Part shown: positions 60,201-64,000 of the stretch, piece by piece | How positions within the stretch are numbered: the first letter of the stretch is position 1 | Layout: every line of letters starts with the position of its first letter | DNA from: Piromyces finnis finn | Lineage: Eukaryota; Fungi; Neocallimastigomycota | Direction of reading: 5' to 3' | Assembly (NCBI GenBank): GCA_002104945.1 | Contig: MCFH01000056.1 | Location: forward strand, 124,001-188,000 | DNA: 64,000 nucleotides | Notes under the pieces: generated by a model | The model's database searches: none | What the model was told of the DNA's origin: nothing | What the model saw: the letters and a program-made list of their open reading frames with translations, nothing else | Program-made: the position numbers and the translations under genes

Positions 60201-60570
60201 ACACTAAAATCTTAATTATTAATAAATATTTAAACTATAACTATTTTTAGTAAAATACAATTGGCAATTCAAATTAAGTACCATTTAATTTGAATATGTG
60301 CCCATGTATTATTGATATATTAATCATTTATTATTTATCTATTTCTATAAAAAAACAATACTAAAACTAGGAATTTAAATTGAAAATATTAATTTACTTG
60401 TTAAACATTAAAAATAAATTAATAATTTATTTTGTTTTAAACTTTAATTATTAATAAATAAATTATGTCTCATTTTCTTTTTCTGAATATAATTTGTGTA
60501 ACTTAAACAATAATACTTGTGGCTTAAGTTACATTAAAGATATCAAACAGAGGCGTTTGATGTCTTTACA
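54229..60570 (-). mobile_element. Full-length chromoviral element A2
   Basis: 606-bp LTRs at 54229-54834 and 59965-60570 (two differences seen); TSD ATAAT at 54224-54228 and 60571-60575; same PPT and PBS as A1. Confidence 0.97.
54871..59475 (-). CDS. gag-pol: A2 single-ORF Gag-Pol with chromodomain
   Basis: Intact 1534-codon ORF, colinear with A1. Confidence 0.95.
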   Translation of the reverse strand: MEELINTFDNLNLEEMEERGGGSTVNPGNIINAPPLFTGRHRDLDGFLTRVELVFRTRPALYNTDRVRVDFVISYFSGRPLEWASSLMRNNSNVLNHYDEFIDRLRANFGSDRYDTVVANGKLDNIRQRKLGQVVDYITEFQRVSQNSNFNESAKIYMFLKGLNPLLREKLAFVETNPSSMEHLISSTILVEDMMKRNSLSEFYFNNRRANDPMDVDVFRISADKKRKRYVNIQGTSNNYDESPRTFEEERRKGVCFLCKKPGHFKFNCPNRVKPKKVFRIIKEKTPKIVEPKIYKVGVMDKKDDLNFIDFYLSTNEVPEAKIKVLIDSGSELNFINPDIAEDLGIKFENIDPFRVSGVNDGISRVWEKSEKCMLRYRNHYEVIQLYSLKVPGVDVILGLPWIKKHNPEAFYDPKKIAFSSGYCARHCNQGKRRRKQRKKSQKSQLDHDVLDRSLTKTVKSVSTAPLKNPEEKEYIKGRLVRTINDEDDNDEEYISFNKKVKCIVTKINETCNNNNESCSNNNNNNEKYINKDKLVSVPTQYLEFSEVFNEKNCEVLPPHRPYDCEIKLKDDSTLFYGPLYPLTEVEREELKKYIDENLNKGFIRKSSSPAGAPILFVKKKDGSLRLCIDYRRLNDITIRNSYPLPLISDLLDRVKNAKIFTKLDLKSAYNLVRIKEGDEYKTAFRTRYGHFEYLVMPFGLKNAPATFQHFINDVLSDYLDDFVISYIDDILIYSNNIEEHHEHVKKVLKKLLENNLYVKLEKCEFDVKKTTFLGYVISKDGLQMDENKVKAILDWPVPKNVKEVQSFIGLCNYYRIFIKDFAKIANPLHKLTRKNVAFNWVKEDQDAFNLLKTLFTSAPILKHADSNKQFIVETDASNYAVGAILSQEFDGKLHPIAFLSKSLTSCQRNYPIYDKELLAIIVALEEWRHYLEGARHQFIIYTDHKNLTFPRKPEMLSQRQIRWNLFLSRFDFKLIYRAGKKSGKPDILSRRSDHLVNVINSDVSCLTISLHHSDNKPLIDSILSELKNDDLYNSIVQFKMNGSTSNAPIKNIDKVIMDGEGFLLFNNLIYVPKSLRTRVLELHHDSVAAGHFGIKKTVELISRNFWWPRFHSDVKSFIKSCVTCCKSKVPRHKPYGLLSPLDTPSRPWSDISIDFIVDLPKSRDMTTLMVVVDRFTKFAHAIPLRCLPTASIAADAFIANVFRLHGLPNSIISDRGSQFTSDFWSRLCDLLNINHSLSTANHPQTDGQTERVNGILEQYFRCFINKKQNNWVDLIPFAEFAYNNTLQQSINQSPFFANYGFHPKFSLEIPANDRPSRAEQRVIDMSENFKLLKGNLEKAKETYKKYADMKRISPPEFEVGKKVWLLKDSPRTNLKKKLAPQMLGPFEIIGKVSSLAFKLKLPKTMRCHPVFHVSLLEPYFENEFIDRSNSRKRNIHLNTDLIEKIPEKIEKMKSVNGETFYKLSWKGFDKSTWVSEDQIPDKQLIQEFERNSKKSKHKLDDSSMRIRKNKGGNLIKHRYQPFVIEIPSRKDSL

Positions 60571-63330
60571 ATAATTAGGTCATCAATGTATACGAACATG
60601 CAATCGCCAATCAGCTCAAAAAAAATTCGGTTCATCTCCTTTTGAAACGTCGCTGGTGCGTTACATAATCCAAAAGGCATAACGCGAAAGTTATAATTAC
60701 CGAACATAGTAGTAAAAGCTGTTTTGTCTTTGTCTTGTGGGTTCATCGGAATCTGGTGATAGCCTGAAAAGAGATCTAAAGTAGTAAGTATTTTAGCATT
60801 TTTACTTATAAAATGAAAAATATCATCAATTAAAGGTAAAGCGTACGAATCCTTAATAGTAATATTATTTAACTTCCTATAATCAACACACATCCGCCAC
60901 TTATTATTCTTTTTTGGAACTAAAACAACAGGTGATGACCATGCGGAACTTGACGGTTCAATAAGATTATTATCGATAAGCTTGGTTAGTTCTGTCTTTA
61001 AAGCCTCCGTTTGGGATTTTGATAATCTGTACGCTCTTTGTTTAATCGGAAGTACATCAGGTTGAAGTTCAATTTTGTGTTGTAATAATTTAGATTGTCC
61101 TAGATCATCTGTACTAATAGCAATTACTTGTATATAATTAGAAAATAGTGTAGCAGCAGACTGCCTCAATTCTTCTGGAATAGTAAGTATGATATTATTA
61201 ATTATTTCTTGTTTATCAACACTGTCCATTTGTGTATCATTCTGATTAACTGTAATAGTTAGAAGTATAGGGTTACTCTGATTCCAATCCTTGTTTAATT
61301 CTGGAGATTCTTTGTGTATTTGTTTAATATCATATGATAGATCAGCTAACTTCAGGTAATTATTTTCATTATCAATATAATATAAGGTATCAGTAACTAA
61401 ATTAATATCAAATCTATTTCTTTTTAGAGAATCTACCCCTATAAGAATGTCAAATAAGTCGTCTTTTTCAATCACCCTGAAAAAGTCGGTAAATATTTTG
61501 TCTCCTATAGAAACTTCAAGCTCATAGATTTCTGTAGTAATAGAAGAGTTGGAGTAAGCTTGAAATATAGTTTCCGATATCCTCCCGAGGGCAGGTTTTT
61601 CAATCTTGTACTTATTTAGAGCAGACCGAGTGATAATATTGACACTCGCACAAGTATCTAAAAATATTTCACAAGGTATGTTTTCAATCTTACCTTCTAC
61701 CTTTATAATTTTATTTTTACTAATAGCTGTTATTACATTAGTAATGGTATTTTTAGGCGTTAGTTTAAGTGCTTTAATGAATTCTGTCCTGAATTTAGGG
61801 AATAAGTCCAACAGATATACCAGTTTGGTAATGACATCAGTTGAAGCCACTTCTTTTACCAAATCTTGAATACAATAGTTCTCAAATTCATCCATCAGGT
61901 TTACGTGTCGTTCTTTCTTTAAGGTTTGTTTTTTTTATATTTTCAGAATCTTCCGTTTGTAAATTATTTATATCCTTAATCTTTTCTTGGATATCTTTAA
62001 TTCTTTCTGCTTTATTTTTTCTTTTTACATTTGAAATATTTTTCTCTGCAATGAAGGAAGGATCCAAGTAAGTTAAGTTTTCGGTTTTCTGTTTATTGCT
62101 TGAAGAGTTTTCTTGTTTCTGTTTAGTATTCCCTAATTTTTTATCAGTAACATTTTTAAAATTTAACTTAACAGAATCTTTCTTTATTTTATTAGTAACT
62201 TCTAGATCATCCTCGATAGCCATCACGATATCGTCATTTTGATAAGTATCAGATGATATTCCATTATCAACCTTATTGTTATAATCATTATTTTTATTAT
62301 TAGAATTACTATTGCTTTGATACTTTCCTTTGTTATCATTGTTAATATTACTATCATGGTTATTGATATTGTCTTCATACTTATCATCAATAATAATGTT
62401 ATTATTATTACTATTGATAGACCTGTTTTCTTTTGTATTTGGAAAAGTAAGCTTAGGTAATTGGTTATTATGTTGCATAGCGTCAGTATGAATTGGAATA
62501 GGATTGTCTTTTAACTTAGTTTTCCTTTTATCATTTTCATATGGTTTATTTCTACTATCTTTTTTTTTCTTTTCCTTTTCGTAATGCTACGGCAACCATT
62601 TCTGGAATTTCTGTCATGGGGTAAGATGTTTGTTTATCATTTATACTCTCAGAGTTATTTATGGTTTGTATAGAACTACTATTAATTATATCTCCATTAA
62701 TCTGATAATCCTTGCTTGACTTATTAATTACGTTTGAGTTATCATTGTTATTACCAAGGTAAGTATTATCATTGATAATAGACATAATATTGTTAGCATT
62801 GTTGAGATTAGGCTCATTTTTTATAAATAACCTGTCGTTGGTTTGTTTATTGGAAGTTATCCTTCTTCCATTAATTAGTTTAAAGGTTTATTTAATAAGC
62901 CTTTTTCTTCCATTTCTGCAAGCTGTTTAAAGGAATAAGGACAATTAGGAGATTTATGTCCCTTTTGATTACACCTATAACACGTAAAATTTTTATTATT
63001 GCTATTATTATTATTATATTGATTATTGTTGTTGAGATTATTATACTGATCATTTCTATTAACATCATTATTATAGAAGTAGTTATTTCCGTTTAAGGAA
63101 TTATTCCTAGAGTATCCAGAGTTTCCAACTGTATTACCATTTCTTGTCAACATAACATTCGATTGACCAGCACCAGCAAAAGCATTCGGATTATACAAAT
63201 TTCTATTAATAGTACTATTTCCATTGAAATTAGATAAGTTAACATTATTATTCATATTCCTTCTTTTCCCATTATTAGTGAATCGCTTATAATTATTAAA
63301 ATTACGTTCATAAGGATTAAAAGTGGTATT

Positions 63331-64000
63331 TGTAATGTTGACACTAAAAGAATAGATTAGGATATCTATTCTATTACAATAACACTAAAATTAAAATAAA
63401 AATAAAAATTGTTTTATTAAAAAATATCATTTATTATAATAGAAATTTTATTAATAACAATTACATCGATCAAAATGATGAAAAATATCTTCTATTTATA
63501 TTTTTCCTAAATACATTTATATTTTATTATTACTATTTATTTCTTATATATTATTATTTAAAATCTACACTAAAATCTTAATTATTAATAAAATATTTAA
63601 ACTATAACTATTTTTAGTATAATACAATTGGCAATTCAAATCAAATACTATTTAATTTGAATATGTGCCCATGTATTATTGATATATTAATCATTTATTA
63701 TTTATCTATTTCTATAAAAAAACAATACTAAAACTAGGAATTTAAATTGAAAATATTAATTTACTTGTTAAACATTAAAAATAAATTAATAATTTATTTT
63801 GTTTTAAACTTTAATTATTAATAAATAAATTATGACTCATTTTCTTTTTCTGAATATAATTTGTGTAACTTAAACAATAATACTTGTGGCTTAAGTTACA
63901 TTGAAGATATCAAGCTGAGGCGTTTGATATCTTTACAATCTCTCTCTCTAAGTTGAGCTCCTGCGAGATTAATTTATAAAGGATCCTTTCTCGAAGGAAT
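63331..64000 (-). mobile_element. 3' end of a third family A element (A3): 3' LTR 63331-63937, PPT and ORF end
   Basis: Family A LTR followed on the + strand by ATCTCTCTCTCTAAG and the reverse complement of PSRKDPL-stop; inserted in D gag; continues beyond the window. Confidence 0.93.

Larger units (their letters stand above)
53608..63330 (-). pseudogene. gag-pol: Decayed non-chromoviral gypsy element D gag-pol, interrupted by A2 in RT and A3 in gag
   Basis: CYRCNQKGHKSPNC; T TTA AAC TAA; FLDTCASVNII; YIDDLII|FSDS rejoined across A2; RTDASRDGLG; homopolymer frameshifts near 62560 and 61930. Confidence 0.88.

Noticed and set aside
12956-61869. Numerous short ORFs overlapping gag/pol on alternative frames or strands
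   Set aside because: Leu/Ile/Phe-rich shadows expected from AT-rich codon usage, with no independent motifs.

Overview
Extremely AT-rich eukaryotic DNA with spliceosomal introns and long (AAT)n tracts, most consistent with an anaerobic gut fungus (Neocallimastigomycota; inferred from composition and gene style, not from a database hit). The first ~8.3 kb is host sequence: the 5' stub of a gene running off the left edge, a 6-exon secreted GH18 chitinase with a Thr-rich repeat linker and two CBM18 domains, and a tRNA-Asn(GTT) gene. From 14 bp upstream of that tRNA to the right edge (~56 kb) I find no host gene, only a nest of LTR retrotransposons. It contains one decayed Ty1/copia, two full-length single-ORF chromoviruses plus the end of a third (family A), one apparently intact frameshifting Ty3/gypsy (B), four decayed gypsy elements (C, D, F, I) and many solo LTRs, most with readable target-site duplications. 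The most notable signals are: tRNA-independent self-priming with fixed TATA-to-primer geometry in three LTR families; a copia primed by the 5' half of tRNA-Lys(CUU); a covarying -1 frameshift stem/pseudoknot in three gypsy elements; and two copia insertions in opposite orientation into the same 5-bp target. All of this was read by eye; no alignments or searches were run. Family letters are my own labels.
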